A stretch of 64,000 bases of DNA from Mobula birostris (taxonomy: Eukaryota). Every line of letters starts with the position of its first letter. The stretch's first letter is position 1. Positions 1 through 12,604 of this stretch are shown here, in pieces. The stretch covers positions 7,784,984-7,848,983 of the forward strand of contig NC_092401.1 in the NCBI RefSeq assembly GCF_030028105.1, given 5' to 3'. The position numbers and the translations under genes were made by a program. The notes beneath the pieces are model-generated. The model searched no databases and was not told the DNA's origin. It saw only the letters and a list, made by a program, of their open reading frames with translations.

Positions 1-902
1 ATCCACAGTTTTACGCTCAGACGGGGAGTCGGAATGGATCACCGAGAGGCACGTGGTCTGCAACATATCAGCCCGTGTCCAGTCCTCAATACTGAACATG
101 GGAGTAGACAGCAGTAACCGTGAAACAAAATGTCACACTACCCACATCATGGGCAAAATGACATATAAAATTCACAGTGTGAAACTGTTTGAAAGCCCGT
201 CCGTGAATTGTGTAAATAATTTACCAGGCGCCCATTTTTTATCTCTCTAGCCATCCTGCATTTGAAGTACGAATCAATGTGAAATTTAGCTTTTTGTTCT
301 GCCAAGCCAAAGACAACGAGGAAAACCGAGAAATAAGAAACGGTCCGCAGAATAAAGCACACAACGCAAAAATGCACAGTTACTTACACGAGAATATCTG
401 CAGACGCTGGAAATCCAAGCAACACGTACAACATGCTGGAGGAGCTCAGCAGGTGAGCCAGCATCTACAGAAAAGAGTCAACAGTTGACGTTTCGGGCCG
501 AGACCCTTCATCGGGACTTGTGCTTTGTGTGTGTGGCACAGATACTAAGTACAGTTATCGGATTCTGTGTAGTCCGCGTAAATACATGTATATTGAATGT
601 TTTTAAATCACTTTACCTACCTGTTACTATAAAGAGTAAAGTGAAAAAGAAAATTGATTCGCTCAGTGAAATCGGTTGAAATTCAAAACGTCGGCAGGAT
701 ATGTTGTTTTGCCAAAACCCTGTCTTTGATAAACTTCAGAAAGCTCCCGAAGAGAAATCTGTTTCTCACGACTAACAGCGTCTCTGTGGTCTCAGTGACT
801 ACAACAAGCTCCAATGCTCAAGGAAGTTCATTCAAGCGATAACAGACGGAAATGCCGGGAGCTGACTGTCTCACAGTCATCTGCAGATCTCCAGCTCACA
901 CT
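1..902 (-). pseudogene. Inverted paralogous copy of the ICAM-like gene 5' end (promoter/5'UTR, signal-peptide exon ending at 621, start of intron 1); no in-frame ATG visible
   Basis: Minus strand reads ATT TTC TTT TTC ACT TTA CTC TTT ATA GTA ACA G|gtaggtaaagtgatttaaaaacattcaatata (IFFFTLLFIVTG), versus ATT TCC CTT TTT GCT TTA CTC TTG GTG GCA ACA G|gtaagtaaattggttttaaatataatcaatata at 27016-27080. Intronic similarity (aactgtgcattt, gataaaaa..ggc.cc, gggctga, gtaaaactg) continues to the window start. Confidence 0.7.
420..520 (-). mobile_element. Penelope-type 3' tail with a degenerate hammerhead motif, inserted in the paralog's intron 1
   Basis: Matches the tail at 50258-50356; minus strand AGTC-CCGATGA-AGGGTCTCGGCCC-GAAACGTC-AACT at 483-518 (core U4 changed to C). 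Confidence 0.8.
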
Positions 903-1392
903 CGCGTTAACGCTCTAATCCAGGCAGGGAGTCAAAAGCCGGATTCTTTGTTAGATTTATTGAATTTTCTGATTGAGAAGACCAGCAATTTTTGTCCATC
1001 CTTAATTTGCCTTGAGAGCGTGGTGGTCAGGCAGCTCTTTGAGCTGCTGCAATCCTCTGTTGAAGATCCCCTCACAGTTCTTTGCAGCAGCTTCTCACAG
1101 TGATGACGGACAATGGCAGTGGGTTCCCGTATCAAGATGGTCTCTGACATGGGGGTGGGGAGAATCTGAAGGACGTGATATTCCAATGTACCTACTTGTA
1201 GAACTCAGTCTTTGATAAACGTCAGAAAGCTCCCGAAGGGAAATCTGTTTCTCACGACTGACATAGCATCTCTATGTTCGCAGTGAGCGCCCGAAGCTCC
1301 AACGCTTCAAGGAAGTTTGGTCAATTGATAACATACAGAAATGCCTGGAGCTGACTGTCTTACAAGCACCTGCAGTTCTCCAGCTCACACTC
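726..1392 (-). repeat. Pair of ~180-bp direct repeats (726-902 and 1211-1392) homologous to the ICAM-like 5'UTR/promoter
   Basis: Both start tttgataaac.tcagaaagctcccgaag.gaaatctgtttctcacgact and end ctccagctcacactc. The minus strand shares ttcggga(g)cttt...agtt.atcaaa and aacttcc with 26860-26968. Confidence 0.85.
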
Positions 1393-1654
1393 ACACTGTC
1401 GTTGTTAAAGTTCTGTGAACTCGGACAATTCCCACAAGGTCTTCAGCTTTCTTCCGAAACCTCAGCTCTCGGACTCTCCCAAATCATCGGCGCTGCTTCA
1501 GTTTGTCGGGGAGCTTTCCTCCCGCTTTGCTTCTTCATCCCCGTCGCTGAACCGAGTCCAGCCCAAAGGCAGAAGCTATTGAGCTCACGTAATGCGTGGT
1601 CTGATCCACCTCAGTTCCTAACCCTCCTCACAATGAGCGGGTGTTCGTGCCGGA

Positions 1655-2265
1655 TCCATAGGACCATAACACATAGGAACAGAATGAAACCATTTGGCCC
1701 GTCGAATGTGCTCCGCCATTCCATCATGGCTAATAAATTTCCCTCTCACCCTCATTCTCTTGCCTTCCTCCCGGGACTTTTCACGCCTTGACTCAACAAG
1801 ACCCTATCAATCTCTGCCTTAACTCTCCCCAGTGACTTCACTTCTATCGTCACCTATGGCAGCGAATATATACATATTGTCCACGCTCTGGCTAAAGAAA
1901 TACTTCCTCATCTCCGTTCTAAATGGACGTCCCTCTATTATGAGGTTGTATCCTCTGATCTTAGGCTCCCCCACCATAGGAAACATTCTCTGCACATTCC
2001 CCCTCCAATGCCTTTCAACATTCGATAATTTTCAATGAGCACTCCTCGAAGACAGACCAGTAGAACACAGAGACAGGCCTCCTGGGATTGGCAATACGCT
2101 CCAATCTAGGCATCATCCTGGTAAACCTGTTCTGTGCCCTCTCCAAAGCCTTCAAATCCTTCCTTTAAGGTGGAAACCAGAAATGCACACCAGAACTAAC
2201 CCAGTTGTGGCCAAGGCAAAGTTTAATACAGCTGCAACATAATTTCCCAATCTTTATACTCAATG
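1655..2265 (-). mobile_element. CR1 LINE 3' fragment, degenerate
   Basis: Similar to the 3' end of the CR1 at 22034-22700 (cata-gaa tail; ctggtaaacctgttctgtgccctctccaaagc). Confidence 0.75.
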
Positions 2266-2289
2266 CCCTAAACAATGGCAGCAATAGGA

Positions 2290-3890
2290 GACTCTCAAGG
2301 CGTTTTACAAGTGTATTGGGAGCAAGATGGTAGGAGTCAAACAAAATTATGTGACATCATGGACAATGGAGGGAATTTGGTCACAAAGGCAGACGAAGCA
2401 GGTGAGATACTTAAGGAGAACTTTTCATTGGTGTTCACCAGAGAGAAGATCATAGGTGATGGTAAGAATAATGGGGAGTATGTTGATTTGGTAAAGGATA
2501 AACTTATTAGTAATGGACAGTCTGGCTTTTTCATGGGGACGTTCACTCCCACAAGCTTGACTGGAATTTCTGAGGGAGTGATGCAGATAATTTGTGATGG
2601 TTGGACAGTGAATGTTGTCTACATGAACATCAGTAAAGTATTTGACAAGGTAACTCATGGTGGGGTGGTCCAGAACACAAGGGGTCTGCGGATGCTGGAA
2701 ATCTTGAGCAACTCAGCAAGTAAGGCAGCATCTATGGCAGAGAATACACAGTCAACATTTTGGGCCAAGACCCTGATCTGTTATAGGGTCTCCTCTAAAA
2801 TATAGTCTGGTCCAAAGGGTTTCTTTACCACCCTGACCATTTGTTCTGCTGCCTTTAGCAAGCTGTGGACTCAGTAGATCCATGTTCCCAAGGATCCTGC
2901 CATTGACTGTAGGCTTTCCCACAGTATTTGACCCTTACTCGTGTCCAGATGAAACCCCAGCTACTATTTCTCTGGTTGAATTTACAACAAATCTGTACAC
3001 TGCTCCAACAACTCCACTAATTTTCATCTCATCTATACACTTCCTGATCAGAGCACATAAAATTTTCATAAAATCCATGAGCATATATTACAGAAAAGAA
3101 ACCCCAGCACTGAGAGTTGCAGAACATCAGTGGTTACTGTCCTCTCATCATGAACAACCTGCTACTACTACCCTCTGTCTTCTAAGACAAAGCTAAATTT
3201 GCTCCAATTTATCAACTCACCGGTGATCCAATTTTGACTAAATCCTCTGGATCAGCCAATATTTAGTGCAGAGACAGTGCAAGAGACGAGTTTCTTAGGC
3301 TGAAATGTCGACTGTGTATTCTCTGCCATAGATGCTGCCTGTTTTGCTGAGCTGGTCCAGCTAAAGCATGTTGCTCAATATTTCCAGCATCCACAGATCC
3401 CCACTAGACCATGAGGTACTTTGTCAAACACTGTACTGATGTTCCTGTAGATGACATCTACTGCCCAACCAAAACAAATTCTTTGCACCACTCGCTCAAA
3501 AAATCCAGTCTAGCTTGCGAGAGCTCACCTCCCCATGAGAAAGCCAGGCTAACTATTGCTAATGAGTCCATTCATTACCAAATCAACAGACTCACCCTTA
3601 ATCTTACCATCATCTATGATCTTCTCTCTGGTGAGCACCAATGCAAAGTTTTCATTAAGGACCTCACCCACTTCCTCTGGTTTTGTGACCAAATGCCCTC
3701 TATTGTCTAGAATTGGACCTACACTTTTGATTCACAATGCATTTATAAAATGCCTTGAGATTCTTTTTAATCCTACTTAGCAAGGATATTTCTTGGCCCT
3801 TTGTAATTCTCGAAATTTCTGGTCAAATTTCTTTCCTGCTTCTTTTATATTCTCAAGGGATTTGTCTGATTTCAGCTTCCTACATAACAC
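2290..3890. mobile_element. Patchwork of CR1 ORF2 fragments on both strands with two Penelope-tail remnants (~2685-2790, ~3295-3390)
   Basis: Translations VVYMNISKVFDKVTHG and ILKENFSLVFTREK resemble CR1 RT (VIYMDFSKAFDKVPH; NEYFSSVFT). Confidence 0.7.
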
Positions 3891-3939
3891 AGAGTAACCA
3901 ACATCTGCATTAAATATTTTCAACTTTTAAAAGTTCCTC

Positions 3940-5135
3940 AGAGAAACTTATCAAAAAGCACAGATGTCACAAAAAACATGTAAGCCTGAGGACTGGAAGC
4001 AGCTTAGGAAGCAGAGATATTGACCAAGATAAGATAAAGAGAGAATATTTAGAACAAAGATAAAGGTACAAGAAACGCGATATTGATGTTAAGGATATCA
4101 TCAGAATGAGCTATTCCAGTGCAAAAAGATTTGTCTGTTTTATTGTCTACACAAAAACATTTGATAAAGTGAAGCACAATAAGTTATTTGAAATATTACA
4201 GGAAACTCTAGATCTGGATTTGAAAGGCCTCCGCCTAATCAGAAATCTGTACTGGGAACAAACTGCCTCTGTAAAAATAGATGGAGAAGTGAGTCATTTT
4301 ACAAAAATCAAGAGAGGCATTAGACAAGGGTGTGTTTTCTCCCCTGATTTGTTTAATGTGTACAGCGAAGCAATATTACAAGAAATAAGAGACATCTTGG
4401 GAATCAAAGATGACAGTGAAAACAACAATAACTTCAGATATGCGGATGACACTGTGTTAATTGCAAGTACGGAGGAAGGACTACAAAACTTAATTGATAT
4501 AGTTGTTGAAGAAAGTGCAAAAATGCATCTATCTATCAATGCAAAAAGAGAAAATGTATGGTGATATCCAAAAAGAAGGAGAATCATTTCTGTAGGCTGA
4601 GAATAAACGGGGAAGACATAAAACAAGTACAGAACTTTTACTATTTAGTAAGCTGGGTGCCATCAGATGGCAGGTGCGTCTTGGACACGAAAAGAAGAAT
4701 AGGGATGGCAAAAAGACATTCATTTCGGTGAATGAAGAATATACTGAACAACACTAAACTAGGCATGACAACCCGCCTCAGAGTACTGAAATGTTACGTT
4801 TATCCAGTTATGTTATATGGTTCAGAATGTTGGATAATATTTAGTAACACGAGAAAATGAATTGATGCAGCAGAGATGTGGTTTTTGAGGAGGATGCAAA
4901 GAATATCATGGACAAAACGAATATCTAACGAGGATGTCATGAACAGAGCAAACACAGAAAGATAAATAATGTATGAGATCATGAAAAGGCAATGCAACTT
5001 CATTGGACATGTGATTAAGAAAGAGGAGTTAGAATGCATGGTAATTATGGGAAAGATTGAAGGGAAGAAAGCAAGAGGAAGACAAAGACAAATGATGATG
5101 GAAACAGCAGCCAGAGAACTGGAAATGAATACCAA
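3940..5135 (+). mobile_element. RTE-clade LINE, RT and 3' region, frameshifted
   Basis: FDKVKH, IRNLYWEQTASVKIDGE, KRGIRQGCVFSPDLFNVYSE, RYADDTVLIA and [13 protein letters not shown] motifs. Confidence 0.85.
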
Positions 5136-5731
5136 GGCCTCTGTGACAGGATAAAAGACGAATTGGCGGCTAGGGATGACACAAACAGCTTCGACTCTTT
5201 GGTCTCTCTAGCCACCAGACTAGGTAATCGACTCCGAGAACGTCAGAGAGAGAAAACCGGTCGCTCCACTCCTCGGGTCACCCCATGGCCTGTTTTACCA
5301 TCTTCCACCAGCTCTAACCTCTCTCTCCATTTCGCTCCTAGCATAGCTCCCGCTCCGACCGTTCCCACTACCCTGGTGAGCCAGACGACACTCCCTTCAG
5401 TCCCCCAAACCAGGATGCAGATCCGAGCTACTGTGAACTAATACCAACCGTCCCTGTCTCTATCCGCCTTGGTGGACTCCGGTGCCGAGGGAAATCTGTT
5501 GGATGAGGATATAGCATCCCGGACCAGAGTTTCTCGGGAACCGTTAAGTACCCCTCTGGAAACCCGGGCGCTGGACGGCAGACTGCTGGCCCGTGTCACC
5601 ACTGTACGCCACCCCTGACTTTGATTCTGTCTGGAAACCATTGGGAGCAGGTACAATTTAATCTAATCCATTCTCCTCAAGCCCCTATAGTTCCTGGATA
5701 CCCCTGGTTGAGCCACCATAATCCCCACATC

Positions 5732-6026
5732 CGAGGGGTGATCGATAAGTTCGTGGCCTAAGGTAGATGGAGTCAATTTTAGTAAACCTTGCGCATTTAT
5801 TTTTCAACATAGTCCCCTCCTTCGTCCAGCGGTCGCGGACATATGGATCTTGGACCTCCAGAAAGTGTCCACAGCAGGGGTGATTGATAAGTGCGTGGCC
5901 TACGGTAGAAGGAAATGGGTTATACAGCTCTTCTTACATGCACGTGCAGTTCAACTCTTTGAGTGATTATGCAGAAAGTTTGACGTTAATAACTCATCTC
6001 CTTCTACCTCAGGCCACAATCATCCC
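5732..6026. mobile_element. Mariner-derived MITE inserted into the Gypsy pol region
   Basis: Imperfect TIRs cgaggggtgatcgataagttcgtggcctaaggtaga / ctacctcaggccacaatcatccc; internal second copy of the TIR at ~5876; interrupts Gypsy HNPHI|DWST. Confidence 0.7.
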
Positions 6027-8996
6027 TGGTAGACTGGTCTACTGCGAGGACGGCCAGCTGGAGCCCGTTTTGTCACTTCACCTGTCTTCAGTCGGCCCTG
6101 TCCCCCGGGGAGGTCACCGCGACCTCGCCTGTCATGGAACCCCCCGACTTGTCCAGGGTTTCAGCAGAGTACCACGACCTGGGACAGGTACTTAGTAAAC
6201 AACAGGCTCTTTCCCTGCCTCCACACTGACCACACAATTGTGCTACCGACCTTCTCCCCGGGGCCTTGTTACCCACCAGTCGGTTGTATAACTTGTCCCG
6301 GCCTGAGAGAGAAGCCATGGAGAAGTACATCAGTGAGTCTCTCGCGGCGGGCATTATTCGGCCCTCATCCTCCCCGGCGGGTGCAGGGTTCTCCTTTGTG
6401 GGGAAGAAGGATGGATCACTACGTCCCTGCATCGATTAACGAGGCCTTAACAACATAACCGTTAAAAACAAGTACCCACTGCTGCTCATAAATTCGGTGT
6501 TTGAACCGCTTCACGGAGCCACCATCTTCTGGACCTACGAAGCGCCTACCATCTGGTCAGAATAAGGGAGGGGGACGAGTGGAAGCTGGCATTTAATACC
6601 TCTGTAGCCCACTTCGAATACCTGGTCACGCCGTTTGGCCTCACCAACGCCCCCGCCGTTTCTCAAGCCCAGATCAAGGATGTGCTGACAGACTTTATTA
6701 ACGGCTTTGTGTCTGTCTATCTGGGTGACATCCTGATCTTCTCCAGCAGTCTCCAGAACCACATTCATCACGCCTGTCAAGTCCTAAGAGGCTGTGGGAG
6801 AACAAATTGTTCGTGAGGGCTGAGAACTGTGAATTCCACGTTCCCTCGGTCAGCTTCTTAGGTTACATCATTGAGAGCGGAACCCGAGAAGATTCGGGCG
6901 GTGGCGGAGTGGCCAGGAGTGAGAGCGGATCCCGAGAAGATTTGGGTGGTAGCGGAGTGGCCCAGACCGACGACCCACAAGCAACTCCAGCGATTTCAGG
7001 GGTTTGCGAACTCCTATTGCCGGTTCATCACGGATTATAGTCGGGTGGCGGCGCCCCTTACCCGATTTACCTCACCTTCAACACCTTTTCTTTGGGACTC
7101 CGAGGCTGACTCAGCATTCGCTAAACTGCAGAGGCGTTTCACGTCCGCTCCCCATCCTAGTCCACCCGGACCCTTCCTGTCAATTCATTGTGGAGGTCGA
7201 CGCCTCCGACTCCGGGGTGGGAGCGGACCTGTTCAAACGTTCTGGACCTAATCAGAAATTTCATCCCTGTGCTTTCTTTTCTCGCCGGCTGTCCCCCCGC
7301 TAAACGAAATTAGGACATGGGGAACCGGAAGCTACTGGCAGTCAAACTAGCATTGGAAGAATGGAGGCACTGGCTGGAGGGAGTGGAACACCCGTTTATC
7401 GTCTGGACCGATCACAAGAACTTTGCATATATCCGAGCCGCCAAACGCCTGAACTTCTGCCAGTCCCGTTGGGCATTATATTTTTGTCGGTTCAAATTTA
7501 CACTCACCTATCGTCCGGGGTACAGGAACGGGAAACCTGACGCGCTCTCGAGGAGGACTTTTCCAGCCCGGAGACCGTCCTCCCACCATCCATTGTGGTG
7601 GCCGCCCTCACCTGGGAAATCGAGGCCAGAGTAACAGAGGCCCAACGGGCTGAACCTGACCCCGGCAGCGGACCCGCCAGTCGCCTTTTTGTGCCCGATT
7701 CCGTTCGATCTCAGGCTCTCCAGTGGGGGCACACGTCTCGTTTCGCCTGCCATCCCGGGAGTGATCGGACACTGTCTCTTCTGAAAAGACACTTTTGGTG
7801 GCCTTCCATGGACGCCGATACCTGTTCCTTTGCCTCTGCATGTTCCGTCTGTTCCCGTGGAAAAGCCTCCCACCGGCCACATGCTGGATTACTTCACCCC
7901 TACCTGTCCCCACTAGTCGTTGGTCTCACATAGCACTGGATTTTGTCACGGGATTACCCCCTTCACATGGGAACACCGCCGTACTCACCGTGGTGGGCCG
8001 TTTTCCCAAGACTGTGCACTTTGTATCCCTCACTAAACGCCCTTGTGTTCAGGAGACCGTAGACCTTCTCGACCACCACGTTTCCCGCATTCACGGAATT
8101 CCTTCGGACATTATCTCCGACCGGGGTACCAATTCGTTTCGCAAGTCTGGAGATCCTTTTGTCGAACCCTGAGTGCCTCAGTTAGCCTGTCATCCGGCTT
8201 TCATCCACAGGAGAATGGGCAAACGGAACGGGTCAACCAGGACTTGGAGGCGGTGCTACGCTGCATAACAGCCAACAACCCATCTACCTCACGTGGGTAG
8301 AGTACACCCACAACTCTCTGGTTAGCACCGCCATCAGAAGATCTCCTTTTGAATGCTCTCTTGGTTACCAGCCCCCGCTGTTTCCCACTCAGGAAGAGGA
8401 TATTGCGGTGCCTCCTGTTCAGGCCCATCTCCGCCGGTGCCACAAGGTCTGGGAAGACACACGCACGGCCCTGCTCCGCTCAGCCGACCGCAACCGGAGG
8501 ATTGCCGTTCGCCATCGGACACCTGCACCAGAGTATCGACCTGGGCAGAAGGTGTGGCTCTCGTCTAAAGACATTCCTCTCAAGAACGACCCAAGAAGAT
8601 CGCTCCTCGCTTCCTGGGACCTTTCGAGATTGAGAGTATTATCAACCCTCGGCGGTTCGACTCAGACTGCCTAAATCTATGCATGTCCATCCTACATGTC
8701 ACGTTTCCCAATTAAAACTGCTTTCCGTCAGCTCCTTGTGCCCTCCGACTGAACCCCCTCCACCCATTCGGATCATCGACAACCACCCGGCGTACACCAT
8801 CCGGCGGTTTCTGGATGTGCATCATCGGGCAGGGGCCTCCAATATCTGGTTGACTGGGAAGGATACGGCCCGGAGGAACGTTCCTGGATTCCCCGCTCCT
8901 TCATCCTAGACCCTTCCCTCATCCGTGACTTCCATCGTGACCATCCAGACAAGCCTGGAGGATCGCCTGGAGGATTCCGTTGGGGGGTCGGGGTAC

Positions 8997-9412
8997 TGTC
9001 ATGGTCCTGTCTCGCTGTCCACCATCTCCCTCCTATTTCCTTGATTATGCCTTAATTCCAGTCGTTAGATTCCCAGTTGCTGCTAGTTCACTTAATTACA
9101 ACACATCTGGTTTCCATCAGAGACTGCAGGATAAGAACTCTGCCATCATATCCACGGGTCGCCAGTTCATTGGTTTATTCCAGTGTGATAATTTCATTTC
9201 CCGACCACTTAGCACCATGAGTTCTAAGTTCAGTTCTATTTTCAAGTTATTCCATGAAAACCCCCGTCTCCGTATCAAGACTCTATATCAGAGCTCCGTG
9301 TCAAGGTTCCTCCTGATTATCTCTTCCACGTTCGCGTCGGTGCAAGCACCTCTCAACCCTATCTCCATGCCTGTGTCCTGCACTTGGGTTCACTTCAGTT
9401 GCTCCTCGTAAC
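8997..9412 (+). repeat. 3' LTR of the Gypsy element at 5140-9412
   Basis: Begins TGTCA directly after PPT+tac and ends GTAACA (TG...CA). Confidence 0.65.
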
Positions 9413-9509
9413 AATGGCGTACTGTCTGTTATCTTGTGGTACTGATTTGTAACAGGGTGACACATCACGCAGCATCCACACAAACAGGAGGTTTTGCATC
9501 TCAATCTCA

Positions 9510-11400
9510 TATGTTTGGCACAACTGATGTTATCCACCTTCCGGCCTCCGATTGGAATACCTGTCTCCTGACGGTCGCATTCCCGAAAAATCCATTTTCC
9601 GTAGAGGTTGTACAAATCCGGCGAGCCAACACAGCCTTGCCTTACACCTCGTTTAATACATGCCCATGGTGATAATTCATTTTCTACCCTGACCACTGCT
9701 TTCTGTTTCCAATACAAGTTCCTTATTATCTGCACATTCTCCCATCTCAGATCGTAATTGTTCAGCACCTCTATTACTTTCTCGTGTCTTCCTTAATCAA
9801 AAGCCTTTTTCATCAATACAGCATTAGATGGTCTTTTGTGCCTCAATGCATCTCTCCATGATGTTTCTCATCGCAAATATTCCTTCCCTTGTTCCTGAGC
9901 CTTTACGAAAACCAAACGGTGTTTCTCCAATTTCATCGCTGATTGTACCTTTCATTCTGCTGAACACTATTTTCAACAGTAGCTTGACACAGTGAGACAT
10001 TATGCTTATCGTCCTGTGTTCGTTACATTTTATCGTCCTTGGCTTTTTTGGTAAAGCAATAAATACTGACTTGAGAAAGTCCTCCAGAAGGTTTCCTGTT
10101 CCATAACTGTTGTTTAACATCGCTGAAAGGTTTGTTTCTCCCTTCGGACCAAGTGATTTCAGAATTTCAGTTGGAACCTTATCTTCAGCGGCTGCCTTTC
10201 TAACTTTTAGACTCCGAATCGCACTTTCCATCTCTGACATCAATATTTTAGGTTGATTAGTCATTTGATTTAATTATGGTAAATCCTCAATCCTGCTATC
10301 GTCAATGATTCTGAGATGTACTCAACCCATCTGTCCATGATCTCTTCTTTTTCATATCATGGATTACCACTACCATCATCGATACACCCAGTTTATGGCA
10401 CGGTCCTCTTTAATTTCATTATATCCTTCTCTTTTTGGTGAAGGCCTCTATAATCATGACTTCGTTCATACTGCTCAATTTCTTCGCTCTGTTCATTCAT
10501 CCAATTCTCCTTCGCTTCCTTACATTTTCTTTGAATCAAGCGGTGTAGGGCTTTGTAGTGTTCATTATCCCGATGTTTTACCTTTTGTCTTTCTTCAGTT
10601 AACGTTCTCAACTCATCGGTGAACCAAGGGTTATGTCTTTTGCTCTTTTTCCCATAACCCAAAGTCTTTTCCGCAATTTCGGTCACTGTTGTTTTAAACT
10701 CTTCCCAATGTTCTCTACTGCCATGTTGCTACCCTCGTCATCTAAGACTGAAAGTCTATTCTCTATTTCGACCAAATATTCGATCTTTTTTGCTTCATCC
10801 GTAATGAGTAAATCAAAGTCTATCTTATTGGATGGTTTGGCCTTTCTCATCTTCTTCAAACACACACTCATGTCCAATACCACAGGGCTGTGATCTATAT
10901 AACAGTCAGCACCAGGGTACGTTTTCACCTGCTTCACTCCATTCGATTGGGTACTAAAATATAGTCAATTTCGTTTTTTACTAAACCATCAGGACTGGTC
11001 CACGTGTACAGTCTCTGTTTTCGCAGACTGTACCAGGTGTTCGCAATCATTAGTTTGTTAGCTTTTGCAAATTCAACGTCTTTCTCCTTGGTCGTTTCTT
11101 TCCCCAAGCCCAAAGGGTCTTACAGTCAAAACTTCTCTTGCGCTGCCAACTTTGGCAGTAAAATCACCAAGAATCACAATTACTTCATTATTTTTTAGTC
11201 TTTTTCATTAGCTTTTCAACTTCTCCGTAGACCATATCGACATGGTCATCGTCATAGTCCGTGGTTGACATATAGACCTGTATGACATTAATGTCAAATG
11301 GTTTAGCCGAGATTTTAATCATCATCACTCTTTCATTAATGGTTACACTGTCTTTGATAGTTCTCGCTGTTTCCTTGTCTACCAAGATTCCAACTCGAAC
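9510..11400 (-). mobile_element. RTE-clade LINE (APE endonuclease to start of RT), internally deleted
   Basis: PFDINVIQVYMSTT, TYPGADCYIDHSPV, HRTISIMSHCVKLLLKI, FGFRKGSGTREGIF, KRGVRQGCVGSPDL. Confidence 0.85.
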
Positions 11401-11846
11401 AGTACTCTAGATACATTGTTAACTGTACCTTGGTACATATGACAACAATGAACCTATTAACCAATTCATTTGGAACATAAGCTAATTAGTCATAGCTTTC
11501 TGAAACAAAAATTATGTTTGAATAATCAGGAGGTTTTTGAGGACATATCTCATAAATTTGAAAGGAGGATCAAATGGATGTGGTGAAATCTGATTTTCAA
11601 TAACTTTCTACTTTGACAATATGCTATAATTTTAATATAATCATTTAGCTGCCACATTGTTACCCTTTCTGGCTCTGGCAGTGCCTGGCTAAAATTTATT
11701 TCTAAGACCCAAATACTGGCATCAGTAAATTTAGTACTAGTCATTTTTATTGGTTTCTGAATCTGTTTAGTAGCTGTTTGGAGTCTCTGTGATCTATTAT
11801 TTACAATTTATACTAAGAAAGAGGATAACTTTTTTTTTGTTTCCAG

Positions 11847-11935
11847 ATAAGGTTCTAGATTCTCAAAATACAACATACATTCTCCAGGACAGCGGTGACA
11901 TGAACAAATTTGGCCCCTGGATAGCTATTCAATTG
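11847..11935 (+). pseudogene. Possible collapsed relic of an ICAM-like Ig exon
   Basis: Strong acceptor ttttttttgtttccag, then phase-1 DKVLDSQNTTYILQDSGDMNKFG, echoing exon 6 (DKPQNTTI...QGIYKCRASNKFG) but lacking the Cys-bearing core. Confidence 0.2.
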
Positions 11936-12053
11936 TACTTCTTTATTCGGGTACTTTTTAATTTTGCGGACATTAGAGTCACTAATAATTAGTGTAGGTT
12001 TAAAGGGCCTTAATTTCTAAGTTATATCACAATTAGAGTGCCTAATTATTTAG

Positions 12054-12604
12054 ATTAGATTAGATTATGAGGACACTTAGTCCTCGTATATTGTCATTTA
12101 GAAATGCATACATTAAAAAATGATACAATGTTCCTCCAGAATGATATCACAAAAAAAGCAGGACAAACCAAGACTAAAACTGACAAAACTACATAATTAT
12201 AACATATAGTTACAACAGTGCAAAGCAATACCATAATTTGATAAAGAGCAGACCAGGGGAACAGTAAAAAAAAGTCTCAAAGTCCTGATCGACTCCCGAT
12301 AGTCCTGATAGCAGGCAGCAGAAGGGAGAAACTCTCCCTGCCATGAACCTCCAAGCGCCGACAACTTGCCGATGCGTTGGAAGCACCGGACCGCAGCCGA
12401 CTCTGAGTCCGTCCGAAAACTTCGAGCCTCCGACCAGCCCTCCGAGCACCATCCTCTGCCGAGCGCTTCGACCCCGCCCCGGCCACTGAGCAACAAGCAA
12501 AGCTGAGGACTCGGGGCCTTCTCCTCCGGAGATGCTGTACCACACAGTAGCAGCGGCAGCGAAAAAGGCATTTCAGAAGTTTCTCCAGATGTTCCTCCGT
12601 GCTC
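12054..12604 (-). mobile_element. Non-autonomous retroposon (SINE-like) with a (TCTAA)n tail, unclassified
   Basis: tagattagattagatt microsatellite terminus, then an AT-rich segment and a GC/CpG-rich head; no coding signature. Confidence 0.55.

Larger units (their letters stand above)
5140..9412 (+). mobile_element. Gypsy chromovirus (sushi/Tf1-like) LTR retrotransposon, 5'-truncated and degenerate
   Basis: Protease ALVDSGAEG; [18 protein letters not shown] and YLGDILIFS (catalytic D changed to G); RNase [10 protein letters not shown] and WTDHKN; integrase IISDRG and [10 protein letters not shown]; chromodomain-like AYTIRRFLD; polypurine tract at 8982-8994. Confidence 0.9.

Noticed and set aside
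53-250. ORF with Cys/Trp that could be the end of an Ig exon
   Set aside because: No proper Ig Cys spacing or GT donor; the region is the reverse complement of paralogous intron 1.
620-1620. Apparent degenerate leucine-rich-repeat (TLR-like) reading on the minus strand (AFDSLPGLERL, SGAF.SLSK, GLQQLKEL)
   Set aside because: It needs a frameshift every few codons, and the same bases align directly at nucleotide level with the ICAM-like 5'UTR, which is a simpler explanation.
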